From contig JAFLDE010000002.1 of NCBI GenBank assembly GCA_017302655.1, positions 21,993 to 85,992 of the forward strand: a stretch of DNA of 64,000 nt, in the 5' to 3' direction. Under the pieces are notes generated by a model that had not been told where the DNA came from, did no database searches, and worked only from the letters and a program-made list of their open reading frames with translations. Origin of the DNA: Burkholderiales bacterium (GTDB lineage: Bacteria > Pseudomonadota > Gammaproteobacteria > Burkholderiales > Burkholderiaceae_C). Positions 26,633 through 40,002 of the stretch are shown here, piece by piece. The stretch's first letter is position 1, and every line of letters starts with the position of its first letter. A program made the translations under genes and the position numbers.

Positions 26633-28378
26633 ATGAGTGAGCCCGCGCGCGAACCCCTCAAGCAGACCGCCCGTCGCCTGCTGCCCTTCATCCGGCCGCA
26701 CCAGCGTGGCTTCTGGGCGGCGGTGCTGGCCTATGTGGCGGCGGCGTGCACCGAGCCGCTCATTCCGCAACTGCTGAAGGTCGTGCTCGACGAGGGCTTC
26801 GCCAAGCAGGACGCTTTCCCGCTGTGGATGGTGCCGGCGGTGCTGATCGGGCTCTTCGCGCTGCGTGGGCTGTTCGGCTTCCTGGGCCAATACCTGTTGC
26901 ACTGGACGATCGGCCGCACCGTGCAGAGCCTGCGCGAGGCGTTGATGGCGGCGCTGACGCGCGCCGATGCGCGGCTCTTCACCGGCATGGCCGGCGGCAC
27001 GGCGGTGACGAAGATCGTGAGCGACCCGCTGCAGGCCGTGCACCTGCTCGGCACCGCCTCGGTGACGGTGCTGCGCGATGGCCTGCCGGCCCTCGCCATG
27101 CTGGGCTACCTGCTGCTGATCAACTGGCAGCTGACCATGCTGACCCTGGTCATCCTGCCGGTGATGGCCCTGGTCCTGAGCCAGGTGAACCGGCGCGTGC
27201 GCCGCGCCGGCACGGCGGCCTACGACTCGCAGATGGCGCTCTCCAGCGTCACCGACGACATCGCCCGCGCGTGGAAGCTGATCCGCAGCTTCAATGCCAG
27301 GGAGTTCGAGCTGCGCCGCTTCGCCGAGGCCGCCTACCGGCTGCGCCAGAACGCGCTGAAGCAGACGGCAGCCAACGCGATGGCGCAACCCTTGTCGCAG
27401 ATGGTGGCTTCGGTGGGAATTTCGGTCATCGTCAGCATGGCCTTGCTGCAGGGCCGCCAGACGGGCAGCACGCCTGGGGAGTTCGTCGCCTTCATCGGCG
27501 CGCTGATGCTCCTGATGAGCCGGGCGCGCCACCTGGCCGACGTGGCGCAACCGATCACCAATGGCTTGATCGTGGCGCGCGGCTGCATGGAACTGCTGGA
27601 CACCGAGCCCGAAGTGGACCAGGGCACGCGCGAGTTGGGCCGCGCGCGCGGCGACATCGAGCTGGACGGGGTGCGCCTGCAGTACCCCGGTGCCAGCGGG
27701 CCGGCACTGGATGGGCTGAGCCTGAGCATCCGCGCCGGGCAGACCGTGGCCCTCGTCGGCCCCTCAGGCGCGGGCAAGAGCAGCGTGATCCACTTGCTGC
27801 AAGGCTTCGCGGCGCCGGACGCCGGGCGCATCCTGATCGACGGTGCCGACAGCGCTGAACTGAGCCGCTCCTCCCTGCGTGCCCAGTTCGCCGTGGTCAG
27901 CCAGGACATCGTGCTCTTCGACGACAGCGTGCTGGCGAATGTGGCCTACGCACAGGCACAACCCGAGCTCGAGCGCGTTGAGCGCTGCTTGCGCGACGCG
28001 GCGCTGTGGGACTTCGTGCAGACCTTGCCGCAGGGCCTGCAGTCGCGCATCGGCAGCAATGGCAGCACGCTCTCGGGCGGCCAGCGCCAGCGCCTGGCGA
28101 TCGCCCGCGCGCTGTATCGCGACGCGCCGATCTGGATCTTCGACGAGGCCACCTCGGCACTGGACACCGAGAGCGAGCGCGCCGTGCAGGAGGCGCTGAC
28201 CCGGCACCAGGGCCACAAGACGGTGATCCTGATCGCGCACCGGCTGTCCACCGTGCGCGGCGCCGACTGCATCCACGTGCTGCAAGCCGGCCGGGTGGTG
28301 GAGAGCGGCACGCACGCCGAGCTCAGCGCCCGAGGCGGCGTGTACGCCACGCTGGTGCAGATGAACGAGTTGGAGTGA
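26633..28378 (+). CDS. msbA: MsbA-like ABC exporter (TMD + NBD)
   Basis: Six-TM domain; [39 protein letters not shown]. Confidence 0.85.
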   Translation: MSEPAREPLKQTARRLLPFIRPHQRGFWAAVLAYVAAACTEPLIPQLLKVVLDEGFAKQDAFPLWMVPAVLIGLFALRGLFGFLGQYLLHWTIGRTVQSLREALMAALTRADARLFTGMAGGTAVTKIVSDPLQAVHLLGTASVTVLRDGLPALAMLGYLLLINWQLTMLTLVILPVMALVLSQVNRRVRRAGTAAYDSQMALSSVTDDIARAWKLIRSFNAREFELRRFAEAAYRLRQNALKQTAANAMAQPLSQMVASVGISVIVSMALLQGRQTGSTPGEFVAFIGALMLLMSRARHLADVAQPITNGLIVARGCMELLDTEPEVDQGTRELGRARGDIELDGVRLQYPGASGPALDGLSLSIRAGQTVALVGPSGAGKSSVIHLLQGFAAPDAGRILIDGADSAELSRSSLRAQFAVVSQDIVLFDDSVLANVAYAQAQPELERVERCLRDAALWDFVQTLPQGLQSRIGSNGSTLSGGQRQRLAIARALYRDAPIWIFDEATSALDTESERAVQEALTRHQGHKTVILIAHRLSTVRGADCIHVLQAGRVVESGTHAELSARGGVYATLVQMNELE

Positions 28379-28404
28379 TACGACGCCCTTCAGGGCGGCA
28401 ATGG

Positions 28405-28428
28405 AAAAGGCGCCCGGAGGCGCCTCTC
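28405..28428 (-). terminator. Rho-independent terminator for ilvC (possibly bidirectional)
   Basis: Plus strand AAAAGGCGCC-CGGA-GGCGCCTCTC; gives stem plus T-tract on the minus strand, between converging genes. Confidence 0.75.
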
Positions 28429-28448
28429 GATGAGACGGTGAGTCGCGT

Positions 28449-29981
<1,533 letters not shown>

Positions 29982-31748
29982 TCAGAGCTCCTCAGAGCCG
30001 AGCAGCATCTCGGTGATGCCCTTGCCGGCCTGCACCATGGGCCAGACGTTTTCGCCCGGGTCGGTGCGCACGTCCAGGAACACGGTGCGGTCCTTCAGGC
30101 GCATGGCTTCACGCAGCGCACCCTCCACGTCCTGCGGCTTTTCCACCAGCAGCCCGACATGGCCGTAGGCCTCGGCGAGCTTGACGAAGTCGGGCAGCGC
30201 GTCCATGTAGCTGTGGCTGTAGCGACCGCCATAGTCCAGCTGCTGCCATTGCCGCACCATGCCCAGGTAGCGGTTGTTCAGCGCGACGATCTTCACCGGC
30301 GTCTTGTACTGCTGGCAGGTGGAGAGTTCCTGGATGCACATCTGGATGGAGCCTTCGCCAGTGATGGCGAAGACGTCCGCCTCGGGCTTGGCGAGCTTGA
30401 TGCCCATGGCGTAAGGCAGGCCCACGCCCATGGTGCCCAGGCCACCCGAGTTGATCCAGCGACGCGGCTGGTCGAACTTGTAGAACTGCGCCGCCCACAT
30501 CTGGTGCTGGCCGACATCCGAGGTGATGTAGGTCTCGCGATCGCGCGTCAGCTCCCAGAGCTTCTCCACCACCATCTGCGGCTTGATCAGGGTGCTGCTC
30601 GGCTTGTAGGCCAGGCAGTTGCGCCCCTGCCATTCCTTGATCTGGCGCCACCAGGCATTGATGTCCTCGGGGCGGGCTCGCTCGTTCGAGGCCTTGATCT
30701 GAGCGATGAGTTCGAGCAGCACGTCCTTGACGTCGCCGACGATGGGAATGTCGACCTTGACGCGCTTGGAGATCGAGCTGGGGTCGATATCCACATGAAT
30801 GATCTTTCGCTCGACGCTGGCGAAGTGCCTGGGATTGCCGATCACCCGGTCGTCAAAGCGAGCCCCCACGGCCAGCAAAACGTCGCAGTTCTGCATGGTC
30901 ATGTTGGCTTCGTAGGTGCCGTGCATGCCCAGCATGCCCAGGAAGCGAGGGTCGGTGGCCGGCATGGCGCCCAAGCCCATCAGGGTGTTGGTGACCGGGT
31001 AGCCAAGCAGATCGACCAGCTCACGCAACTCGGCCGCGGCATTGCCCAGCACCACGCCCCCGCCGGTGTAGATGTAGGGGCGCTTGGCCGAGAGCAGCAA
31101 CTGCACGGCCTTGCGAATCTGGCCCGAGTGGCCCTTCTTCACCGGCTGGTAGCTGCGCAGCGAGATGGTCTCGGGGTAGTGGAAGTCGGCCTTGTGCAGG
31201 GACACGTCCTTGGGAATGTCCACCACCACCGGACCTGGCCGGCCGGTGCGCGCGATGTGGAAGGCCTTCTTGATCGTCACCGCCAGATCGCGCACGTCCT
31301 TGACCAGGAAGTTGTGCTTGACGACAGGGCGGGTGATGCCCACGGTGTCGCACTCCTGGAAGGCATCGAGGCCGATGGCCGGCGTCGGCACCTGGCCGGT
31401 GATGATCACCATCGGGATGGAATCCATGTAGGCCGTCGCGATGCCGGTGATGGCATTGGTGACACCTGGACCCGAGGTCACCAGCGCGACGCCTACCTCG
31501 CCGGTGGCGCGGGCGTAGCCGTCGGCAGCGTGGATGGCAGCCTGTTCGTGGCGCACCAGCACATGCTGAATCGTTTCTTGTTTGTAGAGGGCGTCGTAGA
31601 TGTAGAGCACGGCACCGCCGGGATAGCCCCACAAATACTTCACACCTTCGGCCTGCAGGCAGCGCACCATGATTTCGGCGCCCATCAACTGCTGCGGCTC
31701 GGCGGCTGCGGTGTTGGCACCGGCCGCTGCGGTCGTCATGACGGTCAT
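29982..31748 (-). CDS. ilvI: Acetolactate synthase large subunit
   Basis: GYPGGAVL, VRHEQAAIH, TSGPGVTN, GEGSIQM ThDP motif; AGGAG RBS before ATG 31748. Confidence 0.96.
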   Translation of the reverse strand: MTVMTTAAAGANTAAAEPQQLMGAEIMVRCLQAEGVKYLWGYPGGAVLYIYDALYKQETIQHVLVRHEQAAIHAADGYARATGEVGVALVTSGPGVTNAITGIATAYMDSIPMVIITGQVPTPAIGLDAFQECDTVGITRPVVKHNFLVKDVRDLAVTIKKAFHIARTGRPGPVVVDIPKDVSLHKADFHYPETISLRSYQPVKKGHSGQIRKAVQLLLSAKRPYIYTGGGVVLGNAAAELRELVDLLGYPVTNTLMGLGAMPATDPRFLGMLGMHGTYEANMTMQNCDVLLAVGARFDDRVIGNPRHFASVERKIIHVDIDPSSISKRVKVDIPIVGDVKDVLLELIAQIKASNERARPEDINAWWRQIKEWQGRNCLAYKPSSTLIKPQMVVEKLWELTRDRETYITSDVGQHQMWAAQFYKFDQPRRWINSGGLGTMGVGLPYAMGIKLAKPEADVFAITGEGSIQMCIQELSTCQQYKTPVKIVALNNRYLGMVRQWQQLDYGGRYSHSYMDALPDFVKLAEAYGHVGLLVEKPQDVEGALREAMRLKDRTVFLDVRTDPGENVWPMVQAGKGITEMLLGSEEL

Positions 31749-31957
31749 TTCAAGCTCCTGAGTCTTCCGGCAGGAAGACCGTTTGCCACCCTCCGCGCGA
31801 CTCATGGCCGCGACTTGGGACTTACCCTCCGGACTCCAAGCCGAAGGAGACTGCACTCTAGCGCCTTAGCCTCTGTTGATCGCGAAGGCAGGCCGCGCCG
31901 AGTCAAGAGGCCCATGGGCTGGTCATAATCCGCGCCCCCGCCACCTCGCCCCGTCTC

Positions 31958-32524
31958 TTGGCCCAAGAACCCGAACTCGAAGCCTTCTTGCGCTCGATTG
32001 AGCGACGGGCCTTCAAGCGCACGGCCTACATGGTGCGTGACGATGATGCGGCACTGGACATCGTGCAGGACGCCATGATCCGTCTGGCCCAGCACTATGC
32101 GCACCGGCCGGCCGAAGAATGGCCCATGCTTTTTCAGCGCATCCTGTCCAACGCGACCATGGATCACTTCCGCCGACTGCGCGTGCGTAACGGCGTGATG
32201 GTCAACCTCTCCGACTTCGAGGGCGAGGATCCGGACGACGGCTTTGACCTGTTGGCGGCGATCACCGGTGGCGAAGGTGCTCTGGGCGCCTTGAGCGCCG
32301 CAGACGAAGTCGAACGAGCGCAAGTCGTCGCCCTGATCGAAGAAGAAGTGCAGAAGTTGCCCGCGCGTCAACGGGAAGCTTTTTTGTTACGTTACTGGGA
32401 AGAATTCGATACCGCAGAGACCGCCAGCGTGATGGGATGCTCGGAAGGCAGCGTGAAAACGCATTGCAGCCGAGCCGTCCATGCGCTGGCCAAAGCCTTG
32501 AAAGCACGGGGAATCCAACGATGA
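31958..32524 (+). CDS. ECF RNA polymerase sigma factor
   Basis: DAALDIVQDAMIRL region 2; LPARQREAFLLRYWEE...ETASVMGCSEGSVKTHCSRA region 4. Confidence 0.93.
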   Translation: MAQEPELEAFLRSIERRAFKRTAYMVRDDDAALDIVQDAMIRLAQHYAHRPAEEWPMLFQRILSNATMDHFRRLRVRNGVMVNLSDFEGEDPDDGFDLLAAITGGEGALGALSAADEVERAQVVALIEEEVQKLPARQREAFLLRYWEEFDTAETASVMGCSEGSVKTHCSRAVHALAKALKARGIQR

Positions 32525-32973
32525 GCCAGCCCGACAAGACGACCGCCGCCGACCGCCTGGGCAAGGATCTGGGCCGCCTGTTGGCCACGCGGGCTGAGCA
32601 GCTCGAACCGAGCATCGAGGAACGGCTGGCAACGGCGCGTAAGACGGCGCTTCAGGCTGCTGCGGACGCCCGCCTGGTCAGCGAAGCCGCCCTGGTGCCT
32701 GCCGTGGCTGGCGCAGGACGTGGCAAGCGACAAGGCGGGCGCTGGTCTCTGCTTCTCCCGGCGGGAGTGCTGCTGGCCGGCCTGCTGGCCCTGGCCCACA
32801 GCCAGTGGATGCAGGAGACCCTGGGCCTCGCCGACCGTGACGCTGCCGTGCTGCGTGACCGCCTGCCGCCCAACGCCTACGGGGACCCGGGCTTCAACGA
32901 GTACCTCGACGAGAAGACCGAGGACGAATTGCCCAAGCCCGACGAGGAAGAGGAAGGAGCAGAGGGCCGATGA
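32521..32973 (+). CDS. DUF3619-like membrane protein (putative anti-sigma factor)
   Basis: ERLATARKTAL, single TM, DRLPPNAYGDPGF; ATGA overlap with the ECF gene. Confidence 0.75.
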   Translation: MSQPDKTTAADRLGKDLGRLLATRAEQLEPSIEERLATARKTALQAAADARLVSEAALVPAVAGAGRGKRQGGRWSLLLPAGVLLAGLLALAHSQWMQETLGLADRDAAVLRDRLPPNAYGDPGFNEYLDEKTEDELPKPDEEEEGAEGR

Positions 32974-33491
32974 GAGCGCTGCTGCCAGCGCTGCTTGCGA
33001 CCGCCCTGCTGCTCGCCAGTTTCGGCGCAACGGCCCAGTTGCCGGGGCTGGCTGGAAAGTCTTGGGACGGGCTGACTGCTGCCCAACGCGAGGTTCTTGC
33101 GCCCTTGGCCAGCCAATGGGGGCAAATGGACGCCAGCTCCCGCGACACCTGGGCTGCGCTGGCGCTGCGCTACCCCCGGCTTGAAGCCAACGAACAAGAA
33201 CGCCTGCGCGAACGGATGCGTGATTGGGCCGCCCTCAGCCCCGCCGAACGCCAGCGCGTTCACCAGGGCTTTTTGGCGGCGCAACGCATCAGCGCAGCCG
33301 AGCGTCAGGCAAAGTGGGCGAGGTACCAGGCTCTGCCCGCTGAACAACGCCAGGCCTTGCAGGAGCGTGCAGCGCAGCGTTCACACGCACTGCCCACGCC
33401 TGCGACGCCAGGCTCTGCCCCGGCACGCAGACCGGGCATGGACCGCCTGGACACGCAGACCCTGCTGCCCCGCCCCAAGCAGACGCCGTGA
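32970..33491 (+). CDS. DUF3106-like secreted helical-repeat protein
   Basis: Signal peptide; repeated W..L...Q/E units (WDGLTAAQR, WAALSPAER, YQALPAEQR). Confidence 0.8.
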   Translation: MRALLPALLATALLLASFGATAQLPGLAGKSWDGLTAAQREVLAPLASQWGQMDASSRDTWAALALRYPRLEANEQERLRERMRDWAALSPAERQRVHQGFLAAQRISAAERQAKWARYQALPAEQRQALQERAAQRSHALPTPATPGSAPARRPGMDRLDTQTLLPRPKQTP

Positions 33492-33994
33492 GCACACCGC
33501 CACCGGTGCGGGTGCGGATCGCCTGCGGGATCTACGAAGGCCTGTTGCTCTTTGGCGTGTTGGCGGGTGCCGGCCTGCTTTACGGCGTTTTGATGCGGCC
33601 GAGTGGGAGCAGCAGTTGGGGCTGGGGTTTCTCGGTGTTCACGCTGGCGGTGACGGCCATCTATTTCAGCTGGTTTTGGTCCAAGGGCGAGACCCTGGCC
33701 ATGGCTACTTGGCATTTGCGGCTGCAGCGGCGCGGCGAAGCCCAGCCCCCGCGACCGGCTCAAGCCCTGCTGCGCTTTGCGATCAGCTTGCTGGCCGTTC
33801 TACCAGCCTTGGCCGCCGTTGGCTGGACCGGCCTGACCAGCCAAAAAGCGGCCGCCTGGACCGTGCTGCTGGTGAACGTGCTGGGTTACGCCCTGCTGGC
33901 CCGGCTGCACCCGAGCCGCCAGTTCCTGCACGACCTGGTGTCAGGCACCGAGATGGTGACCTTGCGACGCACCATCCAGAAAAGGCCGGGCTGA
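33488..33994 (+). CDS. RDD family membrane protein
   Basis: RIACGIYEGLLL, GETLAMATWHLRL, QFLHDLVSGT. Confidence 0.85.
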   Translation: MSTPPPVRVRIACGIYEGLLLFGVLAGAGLLYGVLMRPSGSSSWGWGFSVFTLAVTAIYFSWFWSKGETLAMATWHLRLQRRGEAQPPRPAQALLRFAISLLAVLPALAAVGWTGLTSQKAAAWTVLLVNVLGYALLARLHPSRQFLHDLVSGTEMVTLRRTIQKRPG

Positions 33995-34026
33995 AGCGAA
34001 GCCAACCCGGACCGGGCGTGGGGCGA

Positions 34027-35996
<1,970 letters not shown>

Positions 35997-36107
35997 CTTG
36001 AATGACTCTCCAGAAACAGAAACGGCGGCCCGCCGGGCTGCGGAGCCGCCGTCATCATGCCCGAGGCCGCGTCACCCCGAGGGGCCGCCGCCGAGGCGCT
36101 CAGCCCA

Positions 36108-36644
36108 TCAGGCCTTTCGCGACTTCCACGCAGCAATACCGTCGACGATTTCCTTCTTCGCGCCTTCCACCCCCTCCCAGCCGATCACCTTCACCCACTT
36201 GCCCTCTTCGAGGTCCTTGTAGTGCTCGAAGAAGTGCTGGATGGCGCGCAGGCGGGAGGGGTTCAAATCCTCATAGCTCTGCCAGCGGGAATACAGCGGC
36301 AGGATCTTGCTGGTCGGCACGGCTACCAGCTTGTTGTCGCCTCCGGCTTCATCCTGCATCTTCAGCATGCCCAGGGGCCGGCAGGTGACGACCACACCGG
36401 GAATCAGCGGCACCGGGGTGACCACCAGCACGTCCACCGGATCGCCGTCGTCGGCCAGGGTTTGCGGCACATAGCCGTAGTTGCACGGGTAGTGCATGGC
36501 GGTGCCCATGAAGCGGTCGACGAACAGCGCGCCGCTGTCCTCGTCCACCTCGTACTTGATGGGATCGCCGTTCATCGGGATCTCAATGATGACGTTGAAC
36601 TCGTCGGGCGCCTTCGCGCCGGGGGTCACGTTGTGCAGGCTCAC
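36108..36644 (-). CDS. ppa: Family I soluble inorganic pyrophosphatase
   Basis: [45 protein letters not shown]. Confidence 0.97.
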   Translation of the reverse strand: MSLHNVTPGAKAPDEFNVIIEIPMNGDPIKYEVDEDSGALFVDRFMGTAMHYPCNYGYVPQTLADDGDPVDVLVVTPVPLIPGVVVTCRPLGMLKMQDEAGGDNKLVAVPTSKILPLYSRWQSYEDLNPSRLRAIQHFFEHYKDLEEGKWVKVIGWEGVEGAKKEIVDGIAAWKSRKA

Positions 36645-36815
36645 TGGGCGGCTTTCTATTGCTGGAAAACCCGCAGTCTAGGGGCAATCCTTCAGCGGGT
36701 TGACCCTGTAGCGCTTGGGCAAACCCGCAAGAGTGCTGAAAGAGAGCGTCCCTAGCATGCGCCGCGCCGGATACCCGCCGGGTGTCCCTTTACTTCAATC
36801 GACGGAGTGGTTCGC

Positions 36816-39005
36816 ATGACAACGGAAATGGCGCTGTACTTCGCGCTGGCTTGCGGAGTGGCGGCGGTTCTTTATGGCTTCATCCAGCGCAGCTGGATCA
36901 TGAGCCAGGACGCGGGCAACGCCCGCATGCAGGAGATTGCCCTGGCGGTGCAACAGGGTGCGGCGGCCTACCTGGGCCGGCAGTACCGCACCATCGGCAT
37001 CGTCGGCGTGGTGCTGGCGGTCCTCATCGCGGTGTTCCTCGGCACCAAGACGGCCATCGGCTTTGTCGTGGGTGCCGTGCTCTCGGGCGCCTGCGGCTTC
37101 ATCGGCATGAAGGTGTCGGTGAGTGCCAACGTGCGCACCGCGCAGGCGGCCACCAAGGGCATCGCCGCCGCGCTGGACGTCGCGTTCAAGGGCGGCGCCA
37201 TCACCGGCATGCTGGTCGTCGGCCTCGGTCTGCTGGGTGTCGTCGGCTTCTACATGGCCATCGGCGGCGGCAGCAGCTCTGAAGCGCTCAAGCCCATGCT
37301 GGGCCTGGCTTTCGGCTCCTCGCTGATCTCGATCTTCGCCCGCCTGGGCGGTGGCATCTTCACCAAGGGTGCTGACGTCGGCGCCGACCTCGTCGGCAAG
37401 GTCGAGGCCGGCATTCCGGAAGACGACCCGCGCAACCCGGCGGTGATTGCCGACAACGTGGGCGACAACGTCGGCGATTGCGCCGGCATGGCCGCCGATC
37501 TGTTCGAGACCTACGCGGTGACCCTGATCGCCGCCATGGCCCTGGGCGCCTTGATGCTCACCGGCCCGAGCCAGCTCACCGGCGTGATCTACCCGCTCGC
37601 GCTCGGCGGCGTGTCCATCATTGCGTCGATCATCGGCTGCTACTTCGTGAAGGCCAGCAACGGCATGAAGAACGTCATGCCGGCGCTCTACAAGGGCCTG
37701 ATCGTGGCGGGCGTGCTGAGCCTCATCGCCTTCTTCTTCGTGACCAAGGCCATGTTCCCCGGTGCCGTCGAACTGACCGGCGGCGGCACGACCAACGCAA
37801 TGGCCCTGTTCGGCGCTTGCGTCGTCGGCCTGGTGCTGACGGCGGCCATGGTGTGGATCACCGAGTACTACACCGGCACGCAGTACAAGCCGGTGCAGCA
37901 TGTGGCGCAGGCCAGCACCACCGGCCATGGCACCAACGTGATCGCCGGTCTGGGCGTGAGCATGAAGTCCACGGCCTGGCCGGTGCTCTTCGTCTGTGCG
38001 GCCATCTGGGTGTCCTTCGAGCTCGCGGGCCTGTACGGCATCGCCGTCGCCGCCACCTCGATGCTGAGCATGGCCGGCATCATCGTCGCGCTGGACGCCT
38101 ACGGCCCCATCACCGACAACGCCGGCGGCATCGCCGAGATGAGCGAGCTGCCGCAGAGCGTGCGCGATGTCACCGACCCGCTGGATGCCGTGGGCAACAC
38201 CACGAAGGCGGTGACCAAGGGCTACGCCATCGGCTCGGCCGGCCTGGCGGCGCTGGTGCTGTTCGCCGACTTCACGCACGCGCTGGAAGCGCGCGGCATG
38301 CATGTCGCCTTCGATCTGTCCGACCACAAGGTGATGCTGGGCCTCTTCATCGGCGGCCTCATCCCCTTCCTGTTCGGCGCCATGGCCATGGAAGCCGTCG
38401 GTCGCGCGGCCGGCTCGGTGGTGGTGGAAGTGCGCAAGCAATTCGCCGACGGTCAGATCATGGCCGGCAAGCGCCAGCCCGACTACGGCGCGGCCGTCGA
38501 CATGCTGACCGCCGCCGCGATCAAGGAAATGATCGTCCCCTCGCTGCTGCCTGTCGTCGTGCCTATCCTGGTCGGCATGGTGCTCGGCCCAGCCGCACTG
38601 GGTGGCCTCTTGATGGGCACCATCGTCACCGGCCTCTTCGTCGGCATCAGCATGTGCACCGGCGGTGGCGCTTGGGACAACGCCAAGAAGCTCATCGAGG
38701 AAGGATTCACGGATGACGCCGGCGTGATGCACAAGAAGGGCGGCGAGGCGCACAAGGCCGCCGTCACCGGCGACACCGTGGGTGACCCCTACAAGGACAC
38801 CGCCGGCCCTGCCGTCAACCCGCTGATCAAGATCATCAACCTGGTCGCGCTGCTGATCGTGCCGCTGCTGCCCATGACAGCCACGTCGCAGAAGGTGGAG
38901 GCGCCGGTCGCCGTCAGCGCACCTGCCGCCATCGTGCAGACCGCGTCGGAACCCGCGACTGCCGATGCGGCCAGCGCAGTAGCCAGCGCGGCCTCGCAGC
39001 CTTGA
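36816..39005 (+). CDS. hppA: Membrane H+-translocating pyrophosphatase (K+-independent type)
   Basis: [43 protein letters not shown]; [10 protein letters not shown] (Lys at the K+-dependence site); [14 protein letters not shown]. Confidence 0.96.
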   Translation: MTTEMALYFALACGVAAVLYGFIQRSWIMSQDAGNARMQEIALAVQQGAAAYLGRQYRTIGIVGVVLAVLIAVFLGTKTAIGFVVGAVLSGACGFIGMKVSVSANVRTAQAATKGIAAALDVAFKGGAITGMLVVGLGLLGVVGFYMAIGGGSSSEALKPMLGLAFGSSLISIFARLGGGIFTKGADVGADLVGKVEAGIPEDDPRNPAVIADNVGDNVGDCAGMAADLFETYAVTLIAAMALGALMLTGPSQLTGVIYPLALGGVSIIASIIGCYFVKASNGMKNVMPALYKGLIVAGVLSLIAFFFVTKAMFPGAVELTGGGTTNAMALFGACVVGLVLTAAMVWITEYYTGTQYKPVQHVAQASTTGHGTNVIAGLGVSMKSTAWPVLFVCAAIWVSFELAGLYGIAVAATSMLSMAGIIVALDAYGPITDNAGGIAEMSELPQSVRDVTDPLDAVGNTTKAVTKGYAIGSAGLAALVLFADFTHALEARGMHVAFDLSDHKVMLGLFIGGLIPFLFGAMAMEAVGRAAGSVVVEVRKQFADGQIMAGKRQPDYGAAVDMLTAAAIKEMIVPSLLPVVVPILVGMVLGPAALGGLLMGTIVTGLFVGISMCTGGGAWDNAKKLIEEGFTDDAGVMHKKGGEAHKAAVTGDTVGDPYKDTAGPAVNPLIKIINLVALLIVPLLPMTATSQKVEAPVAVSAPAAIVQTASEPATADAASAVASAASQP

Positions 39006-39053
39006 GTCGCCGCTAGTCACAGCGGCCTGAGCGCCAGACCGCTCGCTCCTCGC

Positions 39054-39080
39054 AAGGCCCGCCCACCGGCGGGCCTTTTT
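39054..39080 (+). terminator. Rho-independent terminator
   Basis: AAGGCCCGCC-CACC-GGCGGGCCTT followed by TTT. Confidence 0.88.
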
Positions 39081-39081
39081 C

Positions 39082-40002
39082 ATGCCGACGGCTGGCGACA
39101 ATGCCCGCTCGATGACCCCCGATCTCTCCAAGGCCCTGCTCAACCCCCAGCTCTGGCGGCTGGAAGCGGCGCGCCGGCGCCGGCAGTTGGAGGATCTGCA
39201 GACTTTCCTTGCCACGCTCGAGCGCGAATACGCGCAACTCGAAGCGCAGGTGCGCGGCTTTGAGGAGCGTTATGGGGCATGGCTGGGTCGCGGCTGGGCG
39301 CAGGTCGAGACCTTGCAAGGGGAGTTGCTGCGCGCACTCGAGGTCTTGGCCCGAGCGGGCGGCAATCAGCCGCCGTCACCGCCCCCGCAGCGTCGGCGTC
39401 AAGCGCTGCCCGAGTTGCCGGCCGCCCTGCCCTTTCCTGCACCACCGGCCAGCGAACTGGCCAACAGCGCGCCCACGCTCAAGGAGTTGCACCGCCGCGC
39501 GGCCATGCGCCTGCATCCCGACCGCGCCCACGATCCAGCCGACCGCGAACGTCGCGAGGCGCTGATGCGCGACGCCAACCTCGCCTACGCAGATGCCGAC
39601 CGCGCCACGCTGGAAGCGCTGCTGATCGCCTCCGGCGAGAGCCCACAGCGCCTGGGCGGCTTCGATGTACACGCCCATTGGCGCTGGCTCGAACGCTGCG
39701 AGCACATCGCCCAGGGCCGCCTGCGCGTGCTGCGCGCTCACCTGGTGCTGCTGCGCCAGCACCCCTTGACCGTGCTCGCCGAGGCCGTGGAACGCGCCGA
39801 AGCGCGAGGCCTGGCGCCGCTGGCCGTCATGGCTGCCCGGCTGGCTGCCCAGCAGCAGGAGCTGCAGCAGCAGCTCTACATCGGTGCGCGCCTTCAGCCC
39901 GGCTCGGCGCTATCGGCGGCCTTTCTCGCGCAGTGGCAGCAGCGCTGGGGCGCCGAGCCGCCGCCAAAGTTCGCCCAACCCAGCTGCCTGTCAGGCTCTT
40001 GA
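39082..40002 (+). CDS. Coiled-coil protein with central J-domain-like (HPD) segment
   Basis: LKELHRRAAMRLHPDRAHDPADRERREALMRDANLAY; flanking heptad-rich helices. Start may be ATG 39112. Confidence 0.75.
   Translation: MPTAGDNARSMTPDLSKALLNPQLWRLEAARRRRQLEDLQTFLATLEREYAQLEAQVRGFEERYGAWLGRGWAQVETLQGELLRALEVLARAGGNQPPSPPPQRRRQALPELPAALPFPAPPASELANSAPTLKELHRRAAMRLHPDRAHDPADRERREALMRDANLAYADADRATLEALLIASGESPQRLGGFDVHAHWRWLERCEHIAQGRLRVLRAHLVLLRQHPLTVLAEAVERAEARGLAPLAVMAARLAAQQQELQQQLYIGARLQPGSALSAAFLAQWQQRWGAEPPPKFAQPSCLSGS

Noticed and set aside
36073-36095. Fourth copy of the palindromic repeat (CACCCCGAGGGG) between nadE and ppa
   Set aside because: Only the first short hairpin matches; the GCTTGGGGCGGCC loop and second stem are missing.
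36795-39215. 806-aa minus-strand ORF
   Set aside because: Antisense shadow of hppA.
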